From contig NC_086108.1 of the NCBI RefSeq assembly GCF_963921235.1, positions 58,282,001-58,346,000 on the forward strand: 64,000 nucleotides of DNA, in the 5' to 3' direction. How positions within the stretch are numbered: position 1 is the stretch's first letter; every line of letters starts with the position of its first letter. Under the pieces are notes generated by a model. The model had not been told where the DNA came from. It made no database searches and was given only the letters and a program-made list of their open reading frames with translations. Shown piece by piece: positions 14,340 through 27,425 of this stretch. Both the position numbers and the translations under genes were made by a program. The stretch comes from Mobula hypostoma (lineage: Eukaryota).

Positions 14340-15200
14340 TACTTCTGGTTTAAGATGGTACTATCAAAGACATGTAACGGCTTATTGGTAGTTCAAAAGC
14401 AAAGAAATTTGATTAAAAATATTACAAGTAACTGTTCTTGAAGAAAATTGTGGTAAGCTATCACAAACACTGAAGAGGCGAGTGAAGGCAAAACGAACTC
14501 GAGAAATGTGCCCTGCTGGTGCATTGCAAAATTGATGCACTTGGAGTTGCAGTCGTGCTGGTTGAAGTGAACAATTCAGAGAGAAGACGAGGCTGAAGAG
14601 CTCCAAGGCCCATTGAACTAACTTGGCTGCAAGGGTGGATCACTCTAAGCACCGAGTCGATGTGCAGAGATCACGAATAGCTTCTTCAGCAGTGAAATCT
14701 AGGACTGACGCAAATTGCTGGGTGGCACGTTCTAGGCCCGGTGTGATTCACCAGTGCGGAGCTCAGGTCCTAATGCGAAGTACAATCTGCTGTTCAGACA
14801 ATTTAAATGCCAGCCCAGATAAACTGGGGGCTTCTCTCTCCACGGCACTATGATTGTGAAACTGTCCCCAGTGGCTGTGCTTCTTGTCTGCGAACTTTGC
14901 AGTGATTTGCCTTGCTAATACGATAAACTGAATACCAAGGTTTTGGGCAGCTGTGGGGATTTGGATCTAAGGATTCAATGTGGTTTGGAATGCTGTTGTT
15001 GTTGCTTACTTCTATTGTTTGCATGATGTCTTTTTTCCCCTCTTTCCTCTGTGTGCAGAGATGGTTGGCAGTTGGCCTGTATTTTCTTTTAAATTGGGTT
15101 CTTTCGGGTTTTTTGCTTTGCGGCGGCATGTAAGCAAACAAATTTCAAGGTTGAATAATTTATACATTATTTGATAATAAATGTACTTTGAACCTTTGAT
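14340..15200 (+). mobile_element. Unclassified non-coding retroposon ending in a Rex-like tail
   Basis: Ends GATAATAAATGTACTTTGAACCTTTGA, the same tail type as at 27335-27425. No coding signal. Confidence 0.4.
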
Positions 15201-16224
15201 TTTGCCATTCAACCTGATCTAATGAGGTTTGCGGAAAAGCACGGCAGGAGCAGTGCCAGGCATACCAAAAAGTAAGGTACCAAGTTCAAATTCAAATTTA
15301 TTGTCGTTCAACCACAAACATGTACACAGGTATATGAAAATTGTTCCTCTGGGGTCATGGTGCAGAGCACAGTACATGTAGTTATGATCCAGCACATACA
15401 ATCACAAAATAAAATTAACACAAGTCCCTGAGCAGCAAGGCCTGAAGATCGACAGCTTGACAAAGTGCAAGGTGCCTGCTTAAGACAGACAATAATGCAA
15501 TAAGATACAGAAGCAGAATTAGGCCATTTTGGCCCATTGAGTCTGCTTCACCATTTCATCATGGCTGATCCATTTTTTTCCTCTCAGCCCCAATCTCCTG
15601 CATCCCCGCCTCTCCTCCCCCACCCCCGTATTCTTTCATGCCCTGACCAATCAGGAATCTATCAACCTCTGTCTTAAACATACATAAAGACTTAGCCTCC
15701 ACAGCTGCCTATAGCAATGAATTCCACACACTCACTACGATCTGGCTAAAGAAGACAGTATAAAGTTACTGGCACTAACAAGCAGTTAACTACTAAAACA
15801 AGCAGTTGTATAAATATGTGAAAACAACAGCAAAAGAAGATGAAAAGTGACCAGTGCAGGATGAGAGCACGTCTGTGAGTTGGGGAGTGGGAGGAGGGGG
15901 GGGCAGGGCACTCAGACAGGTGTACTATACATGTGTGCCAAGTGGCTGCAGGGTGGTAAGAAGTCTAACAGCCTGGGGAAGAAGCTGTTTCCCAGCCTTA
16001 TAGTTCTGACTCTTATGCTACTAACAGCAGGAGGTCAAAGAGACTGTGGGAAGGCTCGGAGGGTCCTTGACACTTACATAGTCCTATCACCATTGACTGA
16101 TTACTTCAGGAATATGATGGAATAATTACCAGCTTGATAAAGCTATGTCACAGAAGCAAAGTGTGAATGAATCATAATAGAAGCCAATCTTCCTTCATTC
16201 CACATAACATCAAGAACTAAGGGA

Positions 16225-16500
16225 GCGCACATCTAGTGGTGTTGCTGCCTCAGTTCCAGTGAACATGACTGAGAGTCTCCTTCAAGCGCTCCAATTTCCT
16301 CTCATGTTCCAAAAGCATGTAAGTTGGTAGATTAATTGTACATTATAAATTTCTTCTAGTACCTGAGTGAGTATACAATCTGCAAGACGTTGAAATGTGG
16401 GGAAATGAAAACATGTTATTAGTGAAGTAACTAAGTGCTTGATGGATAGTGCCAGCTTGATGGGTTGAAGGGCCTGTATCCATGCTGTACAAATTCATGA
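16225..16500 (+). mobile_element. Degenerate V-SINE (HE1-like) with CR1-type 3' end
   Basis: CTCCAATTTCCTCTCATGTTCCAAAAG...GGTAGATTAATTG core and TGGGTTGAAGGGCCTGTATCCATGCTGTA tail. Confidence 0.55.
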
Positions 16501-17279
16501 CTCCGGATGCACGTCTAGCCAAGCTATTATACACTAAATGCGATACTGCCATCTATCCAACGCCAAAAATTGCCCCAGGTTTGTCCCAGTCAAAAATAGG
16601 ACAAAACTAACCCAGATAATTGCTATTCAATGTAATTTTAATCATCAGCATGGAGGGCATCATCAATTATGTGATCAAAAATTATCACTCTCCAATAACC
16701 TGCAAAATTCACCACTACTTAGCTCCAAACCAGTCTTGGTTTAAACATCAACTAATGTGCTGACTTGCAATGGTGATTGGTTTGGCATCAGGCCAGCATC
16801 AGACCGATGCAAGGGGAAAATGCTGCGAACAACTGGAGGCACAATTCACACAGAGAAGATAGTTATAAATGGTGAAGGTCAACAGTCCCAGCCCTAAGAA
16901 TACGCTGTTGAAGTTACTCTAATTCGTGTCTTGGAGGGAACATCATCTGTTATTTCAACAATGAGCTTCCTCTCCATCATAAAGTAGGAAGGAAAATATT
17001 TGTTAATGGCTGCACAATGGTCAATTCCAAACAACACCCTTTAGCGAATCAAACAGCAAGCAGCAGCACCGACAGTGCCAGTTATTAAGTCCAAATGATT
17101 ACCATTGACATTCACTGGCATTATCATTTTGCACCATCGTGCGATTACTATCTAACACAAAACCTAGTTATTGACTAAGAGAGAAAGACTGTTGATTTTA
17201 TTCTAGTTTTATCTGATTAGTAAACTCTACTGAATGTTTCAAGTGTTTTCTGTCTCACCAAGGTCTACATACAAGGATA

Positions 17280-17990
17280 AGACTGATCTTTGAGTGAAGC
17301 TGTTAAATAGGGAGAAGGCAAATTACAACAATATTAGGCGAGAACTGAAGGAAGTAGGTTGGAACCTGCTATTTGAAGGTAAATCAAGATCTAATATGTG
17401 AGCGTGTTTAAAAGCCAATTGATTAGCTTTCTGGACTAACACCAGCAAGGTTGAAAGATAAGAATGTCACAGTTTGGGAACCTTAGAGACAAGAGATAAT
17501 ATAAATTTTGTCAAAAAGGGAAATGACAAACATGTAGTCTTTCAGAAGTTGAAGGCAGACAAGACCCTTAAAGAAAACAAAGAGAGAAGAAGGGAAACAA
17601 GAAGTTAGGAAAACTAAAAAAGGGCTATGAAATGTCTGCAAGAAAGACAGAGGATAACTAGAAAAAAGGTTTGTTCAAGAACAAAGATTTATTCATTAAC
17701 TTGAGGAAGTGGGTAAAGTAATTAATACTTCATATCTGTATTCACCAAAAAGGACATGAATGATAATGAGATTAGGGAAAATATGTTGATATTTGAGGGC
17801 ATTTTGATATTAAGAAGGAGATGTAGTGTTTTGAAATATGTTATGGTGGATATGTCCCAAGGGCCTGATGGAATCTTTCCAAGTATACTGAGGGAGACAA
17901 AAGAGGAAATTGCTGGGGTCTCAAAAGAAGTCTTTGTATCCTTTTTATTCATGGATGAGGTGCCAGAAGAGTGAAGAATAACCAATCTCC
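17280..17990 (+). mobile_element. Old CR1 ORF2 fragment
   Basis: SQGPDGIFPSILRETKEEIAG in ORF 17756..17974. Confidence 0.75.
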
Positions 17991-19164
17991 TATTTTAAAA
18001 AATAGAATAATAGATTTCAATCACAATGTTATCATCATTCATCTGATGACTATTACAATTCCAAATTACTAGATAGTATCAATCTAAGTGTCAATCTTTA
18101 GACCACATTTTGATGAAATTAATATACTTCTAAAATTTGAATTGTCCTAAAAACAGAACATTGTATTTTTGCAAGCATGATTCTATGTTATAAATATTTC
18201 CTGTACAACATGCCTAATAAATCAAACTTCAAAAATGATTGAAAACCTAACTACAGAACCTGGAAATACTCAAACTGCCAAAAATGATTGCTCAGCATTC
18301 AACTGTTTTTCCCCATTACGCCAGGAAGCACAGACATCAGGACTTGGTCTAGTGAAAGATTATCAACCTGAAACATCAACTGTTTCTCTCTCCATGGCTG
18401 GTGTTTGACTTGCTGAGCAGTTCCAACATTTTCTGTTTCTTCTGCAAAAGCTTCAGGTTGTAGAAGTTCAAACCACTATAACCGATGGATTGTAAACAAT
18501 TTTCCAAGATCAGCCATATGATAATAAAATAGCATTCAACAAATTAGGACCTCTATATTAAAACATTCTTATCTGCAAATATTCTAATCCTGTTTTTGAA
18601 TGACTGATCATTTGCACTTTTGCTTAAAGTACCTTGCAAATTAATCAATACAATCAGAATCTGGGTATATTCTGCTCGTAGAAATTTCTCTACTATTACA
18701 TTGCTAGCCCAGATACGATGATTTTGAGATCACTGGATTTGTTAAGTGTTCAGGAAATAGTGAGCCAGTGGTGAAATACAAATCTGACTGGATGAGATTT
18801 CTTGGAAGTAATTTTTAATTATACCCCACATACAGTCGGTGAAAACATTTATTTCTGAAATAATTGTCATAAGCCAGATGACCAAAATGTTTTTATGTGC
18901 ATCAAAATAATCAGTATAAGAACAAGGAATCAAAACTGGGGATTATGTGAAAATACCATTCATTGTCCTGTTCATAAAATGGGCAATTATAGTAACAATA
19001 TGCTTAATTGCAATAAAATACTGGTCTATCTTCAGAACAACATAGATCATACTGGAAATAAGGTTGAATACAAAGCAAATATCGATAAACGTTGATCAGT
19101 TTCAAGCAACACACATCAAAGTTGCTGGTGAACGCAGCAGGCCAGGCAGCATCTATAGGAAGAG

Positions 19165-19510
19165 GGTGAAGTTAGTCACCAAATTGCAGGAAGACTACTC
19201 CTACTACCACCACCAAGGAAATTCCAGTCTCGAAGATTTTGTGCTAACTTTACCATGAAAAGTCCCAAGCCTGGCTGCGAAAGGAGGGCTGGGCATGGGG
19301 CTACCAACCCCACCCTGTAAAAGACTAGTACTACAGAAGCTCCAAAGACCTCATCCCTGGGAGAGGAAGGATCTTCGGCTAGAAAACATATGAAGTCGTG
19401 TGGTGAAAGCAGAAACCACAGGGCAGATCAACCTTTGGCCCAGGACAGAGGAAACTGGTGAGCTGCTGTTGGCAGCCTATGGCCCAGTAAGGGTGATAGG
19501 CTTAAGAAGA
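19165..19510 (+). mobile_element. RTE-derived bipartite non-autonomous element
   Basis: RTE-like 5' motif (TCCCAAGCCTGG..AAAGGAGGGCTGGGCATGGGGCTACCAACCCC) joined to an RTE-like 3' end (GCCCAGGACAGAGG..TGG..GCTGCTGTTGGCAGCCTATG..CTTAAG). Confidence 0.55.
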
Positions 19511-20099
19511 AATATAGATTTTAATTGCACAACAACAGAAAACTGTGGAAATATTTAGGAAATCCAGCAGGAACTGCGGAGAAAGAAAAGTTATTTGATA
19601 AGATCTTACAATGCCAGACTTTAATTATTTAAATAGTAATGAACTGCAACTCTATTGAAATTCCTTAGTTTTTATAGCTAGAAAAGATGGAAGCCCTTGT
19701 CAGCTGTTAAAACTTTCAAGGGCTTTTTGTATGAGAGATTTCTTCACTCTTGCAGCTTCTATCTCTATCAGAACACAAAATCTGGTATAGTTCAGACTAG
19801 ATCACCACATCCTGAGCAAATGCAGGCGAGGAGAGAACACAGGGAGCAAAGTTGGTTGGTTAGCCAGCCGGAGCCAATAAAATCTGATTCAAATTTGCAA
19901 GTAGACTATCTTTTTCCATCAGGAAATGCCATTTATCTGAACCATTAGTTCTGCTTTCCTTCAGAAAATTCTGATATTCAGATTTCTAGCTCTATTTGAT
20001 TCCACATTATGTTTACAAGAACCGCTGAGAACTCCATTTTAAAAAAAGGTGTGTAACCTAACTCACTTGTTCAAGAACTTAATTTAAAAAGTTAATACT

Positions 20100-20320
20100 A
20101 AGGACTGCAGATGCTGGCATCTGAAGCACTGGAATAACTTAGTGAGTCAAGTAGCTTCTATGGAGGGAAATAGACAGTGGATGTTTTGGGTCAAGAACCT
20201 TCACCTGGACTTGAACCAAAGTGTTAACTGTTCATTTCCCTCCTTAGATGCTGCCTGACCTGCTAAATTCCTCTAGCATTTTGTGTATTGCTCAAGAATT
20301 CCAGCATCTGCAGAATCACT
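20100..20320. mobile_element. Penelope-derived fold-back element, decayed
   Basis: CTGCAGATGCTGG ... CCAGCATCTGCAG inverted ends with inverted internal arms. Confidence 0.7.
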
Positions 20321-20771
20321 TTTATCAGAAGTAACATTCTGATGTTTAGAGAATGTCAGAAATTTGACCTAGGCAATCATTGATCATAAGAAAAATAGTA
20401 TGTACCAGAACATATGATCTTATTTTTAAAACTTAGAAAAAGAACAAGATTTTCACTCAAAAAGATAATAAACTGGTGGCCAACTGCATCAAGGCCTTGA
20501 GCCAAAAAAAATCGAAGGACAGAATGAGTGAGCTGAAGATGGACAAATTCAAGATCCGTTCAAGTAACTGCAACTGATTAATATAGTACGAGAAAAGACA
20601 GAAGTTTTTAAAAAAATAATAGGGCAGGCCTTTTACTCTTAATCATTTTCTGTATTTGAAAATTCTTACATTCTTTCCAAATGCCATTTAATCTAAAATG
20701 AATTCTGCTTTGTTACTCTGTCATATATTAAACACATTCATATATAAAAGTGAACTTATCTGAGGCAGTAC

Positions 20772-20845
20772 CTGACATTGAGCTTCTGGAGATTCAGCAA
20801 CTGTCCGATTGCTTGAGGAAGAGAAGTCAGCTGATTGTCATGGAC
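20772..20845 (-). CDS. LRRC40: LRRC40 coding exon 3 (VHDNQLTSLPQAIGQLLNLQKLNVS)
   Basis: tctag acceptor, gtactg donor, 74 nt. LRR consensus, in frame with exons 2 and 4. Confidence 0.93.
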
Positions 20846-21149
20846 CTAGAATCAATGTTAAAGAAATCAATACCTTGGCCTTCATAAAATTATTCATTAT
20901 AAAGTGTACTATTCCAATTAATGCAAGTGTCATCCACTTAATGGATACATTTTTTTTCAAAAGGGTTTAAGTGGATTCTTATTTTACTTCAATGTTTTGA
21001 TTAGTCACTATTACATTTCAATAAAATGATAAATAATAATATATTGATTAATAGAATTAAAAGTTCTCATTTCAAAATGAACTTGGACCCAGAAGCTAAT
21101 TTTTAATAATTTCCAAATGCAAAACGTATTATTTTAGTGAGATTTTTTT

Positions 21150-21550
21150 CTGGGATAGCTCATTTGAGAGCCTCTCTTGTTCGGGGTCGACCATGGAAGT
21201 TGCATCCCAGCCACCTACGTAGTCAATACACAAGCTAGTATGCAAGCCAGGGCAGTGTGATATGGAGAGCAAGCTTTTGCCCATGCAGCAGTCTCCCCCT
21301 CTCCAGACAGCTGATGAATCCAAAGGAATGGCAGAGCTCGATACAATTTGGCACCAGCGGCATCACAGGAGTTGCCAGTCAATGTTGAACTCAACTTAGG
21401 ACTGCCTTTGGGACTCCAGCTCCAGATTTTTCCTCAGGGTTTATTCCTGAGGCCTTCCCCATGAGAGGGTATAGCTGCAAGGCAGCAGAGGTTTGAGATC
21501 AGAGTTTTGCTTTTCCTAAGTGGGGCTGACAAGCCCCATTTGCCTAAGAT
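21150..21550 (-). mobile_element. RTE-clade 5' region fragment or derived SINE
   Basis: Minus strand GGGGCTTGTCAGCC...TAGGAAAAGCAAAACTCTGATCTCAAACC resembles the recalled RTE 5' motif. Confidence 0.5.
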
Positions 21551-22226
21551 AGCCCAATTACAGAAGTATTAAGCAGTATTATAATAATTACATTGAAGTA
21601 ATAGACAGGGATCCTTAAACAGAAGCAACAGTTGAAAATTTCAGTCACACGTACTTAATTATTGGTTGTTCCTTTGTCCCAGAAGGTAAAGGATTTGTAC
21701 TTTAAATTGAAAATGAACTACTTGTTTGATGAACAGGGAATTGTACAAATGATAATTAACAATTATTCAAGTTATTAAGGATCATAAATTACAATTAATA
21801 ATTCCATTACAATATTTTATTAAATCCAAACTAATTCATTCATGGTAATTTTTAAAAAGGACACTGGTATTCAGAGAATGGTATTCAAACCGTTCAGTTT
21901 GATTGAGCATCCTTCTTGATATAGCCATTTCTTAGCAGATTGCCTGTGAGATTACCTGAATAAAGTTTCCTATCCTTTTTCATTTAAATACCTATTCTAT
22001 CAGACTAGAAATGGGAGTGCCAAGCAAACCTTTATCCATGCCCAGAGTAAATTGGCGCTGGCTTAAATATAATAATAACTGATTAAAATTGTTAGAAAAT
22101 TTTTCAGCCTAAAGGCAGTAATTATTGTAGAAATTCTAACTTCCCACTTAAATAATTGTTTTATAGTCATGTAGTTTATTCACAATTATATTTTGATGCA
22201 GACTAGTTTTCAAAATACAATCATCA

Positions 22227-22448
<222 letters not shown>

Positions 22449-22589
22449 TTATGACAACTAAACCCAAATCTTAAAATTAGCTTAGAATTATGTATTTTCC
22501 TATAATAAAATCAGAAAACTCTTACATCCAATCATGACTAAAACTGGAAAGAGAATACAGGAAAAAATGCTAGCTACAGTAAAAAAAAA

Positions 22590-25560
22590 CTAAATCTAGC
22601 ATGCTCAGCACTTGCAACACAAAAAAGCGCTGGATGAGCTCAGCAGGTCAGGCAACATCTATCGAGGGCAATACATAATTGATGATTCAGCCAAGATTCC
22701 TGATATGAACTGGAAAGAGGGGAAATTTCCAGTATGAAAGGGTGTGGAGCCAGAGCTGGTAGGTTATAGGTGGATTCAAGTGAGGGAAATCATAGGCATA
22801 TGAAGGAAGAAGGACAGTGGGAATGATGTAAGAAGCTGGGAATGATAGTGGAAGTAACAAAGGGTTGAAGAAGACGGAATGACAGGAGAGGATAGAAACA
22901 TAGAAACATAGAAAATAGGTGCAGGAGTAGGCCATTCGGCCCTTCGAGCCTGCACCGCCATTCATTATGATCATGGCTGATCATCCAACTCAGAACCCAG
23001 CCTTCCCTCCATACCCCCTGACCCCTGTAGCCACAAGGGCCATATGTAACTCCCTCTTAAACATAGCCAATGAACTGGCCTCAACAGTTTGCTGTGGCAG
23101 AGAATTCCACAGATTCACCACTCTCTGTGTGAAGAAGTTTTTCCTAATCTCGGTCCTAAAAGGCTTCCCCTCTATCCTCAAACTGTGACCCCTCGTTCTG
23201 GACCTCCCCAGCATCGGGAACAATCTTCCTGCATCTAGCCTGTCCAATCCCTTTAGGATCTTATACGTTTCAATCAGATCCCCCCTCAATCTTCTAAATT
23301 CCAACGAGTACAAGCCCAGTTCATCCAGTCTTTCTTCATATGAAAGACCTGCCATCCCAGGAATCAATCTGGTGAACCTTCTTTGTACTCCCTCTATGGC
23401 AAAGATGTCTTTCCTCAGATTAGGGGACCAAAACTGCACACAATACTCCAGGTGTGGTCTCACCAAGGCCTTGTACAACTGCAGTAGTACCTCCCTGCTC
23501 CTGTACTCGAATCCTCTCGCTATAAATGCCAGCATACCATTCGCCTTTTTCACCGCCTGCTGTACCTGCATGCCCACTTTCAATGACTGGTGTATAATGA
23601 CACCCAGGTCTCGTTGCACCTCCCCTTTTCCTAATCGGCCACCATTCAGATAATAATCTGTTTTCCTATTTTTGCCACCAAAGTGGATAACTTCACATTT
23701 ATCCACATTAAATTGCATCTGCCATGAGTTTGCCCACTCACCCAACCTATCCAAGTCACCCTGCATCCTCTTAGCATCCTCCTCACTGCTAACACTGCCA
23801 CCCAGCTTCGTGTCATCCGCAAACTTAGAGATGCTGCATTTAATTCCCTCATCCAAGTCATTAATATATATTGTAAACAACTGGGGTCCCAGCACTGAGC
23901 CTTGCGGTACCCCACTAGTCACCGCCTGCCATTCTGAAAAGGTCCCATTTATTCCCACTCTTTGCTTCCTGTCTGCTAACTAATTCTCCACCCACACCAA
24001 TACCTTACCCCCAATACCGTGTGCTTTAAGTTTGCACACTAATCTCCTGTGTGGGACCTTGTCAAAAGCCTTTTGAAAATCCAAATATACCACATCCACT
24101 GGTTCTCCCCTATCCACTCTACTAGTTACATCCTCAAAAAATTCTATGAGATTTGTCAGACATGATTTTCCTTTCACAAATCCATGCTGACTTTGTCCGA
24201 TCATTTCACCGCTTTCCAAATGTGCTGTTATCACATCCTTGATAACTGACTCCAGCAGTTTCCCCACCACCGACGTTAGGCTAACCGGCCTATAATTCCC
24301 CGGTTTCTCTCTCCCTCCTTTTTTAAAAAGTGGGGTTACATTAGCCACCCTCCAATCCTCAGGAACTAGTCCAGAATCTAACGAGTTTTGAAAAATTATC
24401 ACTAATGCATCCACTATTTCTTGGGCTACTTCCTTAAGCACTCTGGGATGCAGACCATCTGGCCCTGGGGATTTATCTGCCTTCAATCCCTTCAATTTAC
24501 CTAACACCACCTCCCTACTAACATGTATTTCACTCAGTTCCTCCATCTCACTGGACCCTCTGTCCCTTACTATTTCTGGAAGATTACTTATGTCCTCTTT
24601 AGTGAAAACAGAACCAAAGTAATTATTCAATTGGTCTGCCATGTCCTTGCTCCCCATAATCAATTCACCTGTTTCTGTCTGCAGGGGACCTACATTTGTC
24701 TTTATCAGTCTTTTCCTTTTTACATATCTATAAAAGCTTTTACAGTCCGTTTTTATGTTCTCTGCCAGTTTTCTCTCATAATTTTTTTTCCCCTTCCTAA
24801 TTAAGCCCTTTGTCCTCCTCTGCTGAACTCTGAATTTCTCCCAGTCCTCAGGTGAGCCACTTTCTCTGGCTAATTTGTATGCTACTTCTTTGGAATTGAT
24901 ACTATCCCTAATTTCTCTTGTCAGCCACGGGTGCACTACCTTCCTTGATTTATTCTTTTGCCAAACTGGGATGAACAATTGTTGTAGTTCATCCATGCAA
25001 CCTTTAAAAGCTTGCCAGGATGGCAGAACATGGAATAAAGAAGATAGGGAGTGGAACCAGTGAGAGGGATGTGTGGTGAGGGGAACCAATTGGATCAGAA
25101 GGAGAAAAAAAAAATCAGGAGATGGGACAGAGGGGAATGGTGCTCAAGAATTCTATGCTTATGCCATCAAGTTGGGAACTACCTAGGCAGAATATGAGGT
25201 GCACTTTCTGTAATTTGCATTTGGCCTCAACCTGGCTATGGACAGACATGTTTGTGTGAGAATGGAAAATGGATTTAGAATGGATGTCCACTGAGAGATC
25301 CTGGCTGACGTGTTGGATGGAATGAAGGTGCTTGATGAAGTGGATCCCCCAAAATGTGTCAGGTCTTACTGATGTAGAGGCTGCACGGGGGGTACCGGAT
25401 GCAATAAATAACACTGAGTGATTCACATGTGAAAGGAGGGAGAGAGATGTTGAAGATGGACCAAATGGATTTCAGAGTAGGATGGAAGTCCAGGAGCACA
25501 GCTGATGAAATACAGGAAACTGCACCAATATAGTTATTAATTTAGTTCAGAGTTTGGTGT
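22590..25560 (-). mobile_element. Penelope-like element 3' portion (22590-22890 and 25017-25560), interrupted by a young CR1
   Basis: Minus-strand GIY-YIG remnant FTCESLSVIYCIRYPPCSLYISKT (~25350-25435) and C-terminal HSHTNMSVH..HLIFCLGSSQLDGISIEF. Followed by a pyrimidine-rich UTR and the fold-back-family motif. Confidence 0.75.
22892..25017 (-). mobile_element. Young CR1 LINE, 5'-truncated, RT region with one nonsense codon at 23980-23982
   Basis: ORFs 23980..25089 and 22990..23958 are in the same frame. (CATAGAAA)n tail. Nearly identical to 56033-58160. Confidence 0.96.
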
Positions 25561-26269
25561 GCAGACTGGCAGATTTCTCACACATTATTCTTATTAAAAC
25601 TCCACTATCCCAACATCCACTTCATTTTATTATAGTACTGTGTAAAATCTAAAACAAATTGTCCTGAGAACTAGAGAAGTTTAAAGAGTGGAGGAAATTA
25701 AGCTCCAATGAGGTTCAAAGAAGTACAGAAAATTTTAAAGGCTCAGCATCTAGCACAGGCAAGTTACCTACTGAATCTTCAAGATTTCCAAACAATCATC
25801 AAATTTTTACTATATTCTGCAACCAACTTCTCTAGTTTCCGCCCAATTCCAACCCAACTCTGCTCCAGTCTCAAATTTCTGTTGAAAATCATGTCTATAT
25901 CTTTATTAGCAGTTCTTTTCCAGGATGAACTCTCTAATTTTCTTCAAGTCCTGTTCATTCACTAACCCTGTGCTTATTAACCTACATAGTTTAAAGTCCC
26001 ATATTGAATTTACCATCCTCCTTATTCAAAGGCCTCTAGTCGTCCATATGTCTCTCAAGAAACTGCTTTTCGTCAACCCTGATCTTAATGCTATCTGGCT
26101 TACATGGTCTCACTATTATTGGCAGTTCCAACCTCAACTATCCAAATGCAAAGATTCACTCCTTAATCCTTTCTTCTTCACAGTTAAACTATCCATTTTA
26201 AAAGCTTATACTTGGAGTGGTCACTCCAAGTATTGACATACAAGTTACAAACAAAATTTGGACATCCCT

Positions 26270-27425
26270 AACTAAATCAAAGGTGGAGACAAATCAGCAT
26301 ATAGGAGGGAGACTGATAGAAAATCTAGCTGAGTGGTGCCACAACAACAACTTTTTATTCAATGTCAGCAATACCAAGATGATTATTGACTTCAGGAGGA
26401 AACCGAAGGCCCATGAGCCAGCCCTCAATCGGACATCAGAGCTGGAGAGAGTCAGCAACATTATATTCCTCGGTGTTATCATTTCAGAGGATCTGTACTG
26501 AGTTCAGCATGTAAAGTGCCATTATAAAAAAAAGTATGACATAGCCTCTACTTTCTTAGAAGCTTGCATAGATTCTGCATGTCATCTAAAACTTTGACAA
26601 ACTTCTATAGATGTGTGGTGCACAGTAGATTGACTGGTTGCATCATGGAAACAGCAATGCCCTTGTACGGAAAGGCTATAAAAAGTCGTGGATACAGCCA
26701 GTCCATGACAGGTAAAGCCCTCCCCACCTTTGAGCACATCTATACGGAGTTCGGTCGCAGAAAAGCAGCATCCATTATCTAAGTCCCTCAGCATTGAGGC
26801 AATGCTCTTTTCTCACTGCTCATTAAGAAGGTGGTACAGGAGCCCCAGCACTCACACCACCAGATACAGGAACAGTTATTACCCCTCAACCATCAGGCTC
26901 TTGAACTAGAGGGGATAACTTAACTCACCCTACCGCTAAACTATTACCACAACCTACAATTCTTCATCTCATGTTCCCGATATTTACTGCTTTTTCCACC
27001 CCCCCCCACCTTATTTTTGTATTGCAGAGTTTTATTTTACATAGATTGTTGGCCGTCCTGTTGGGTGCAATCTTTCACTGATTCTATTGTTTATTGTAAT
27101 GTGTCTGTTCCGTTTTGTTCATTTTTTTTGTGCAGGAGGAGGGATTTGGAGGTTAATGCATCTGTTCCAATTTTGTTTTCTTGTATGGGGAGGGGGGATA
27201 TGGGGATTGATACACCTGTTCCATTTTGTTGGCATTTTTGTGCAGGGAGGGGGGATTTGGGTTGATGGTCATGCCTGCTTTTTTTCCTTGGTTGTGTGGC
27301 TACCTGAAGAAGAATTGCAGAGTTGTATACTTTGATAATAAATGAACTTTTGAACCTAATTGCCCACAAGAAATTGTACATGGTGACATATGTACATTGA
27401 TAATAAATTTATTTTGAACTTTGAC
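26270..27425 (+). mobile_element. Rex1/Babar-type LINE 3' fragment with a nested repeat at ~27040-27360
   Basis: LAEWCHNNN..NVSNTKMIIDFRRK and LTNFYRCVV motifs. GATAATAAATTTATTTTGAACTTTGA tail. Confidence 0.72.

Noticed and set aside
21311..21345. CTGATGA as another hammerhead core
   Set aside because: No properly placed GAAA box or closing helices, and it lies antisense in an RTE-like fragment.
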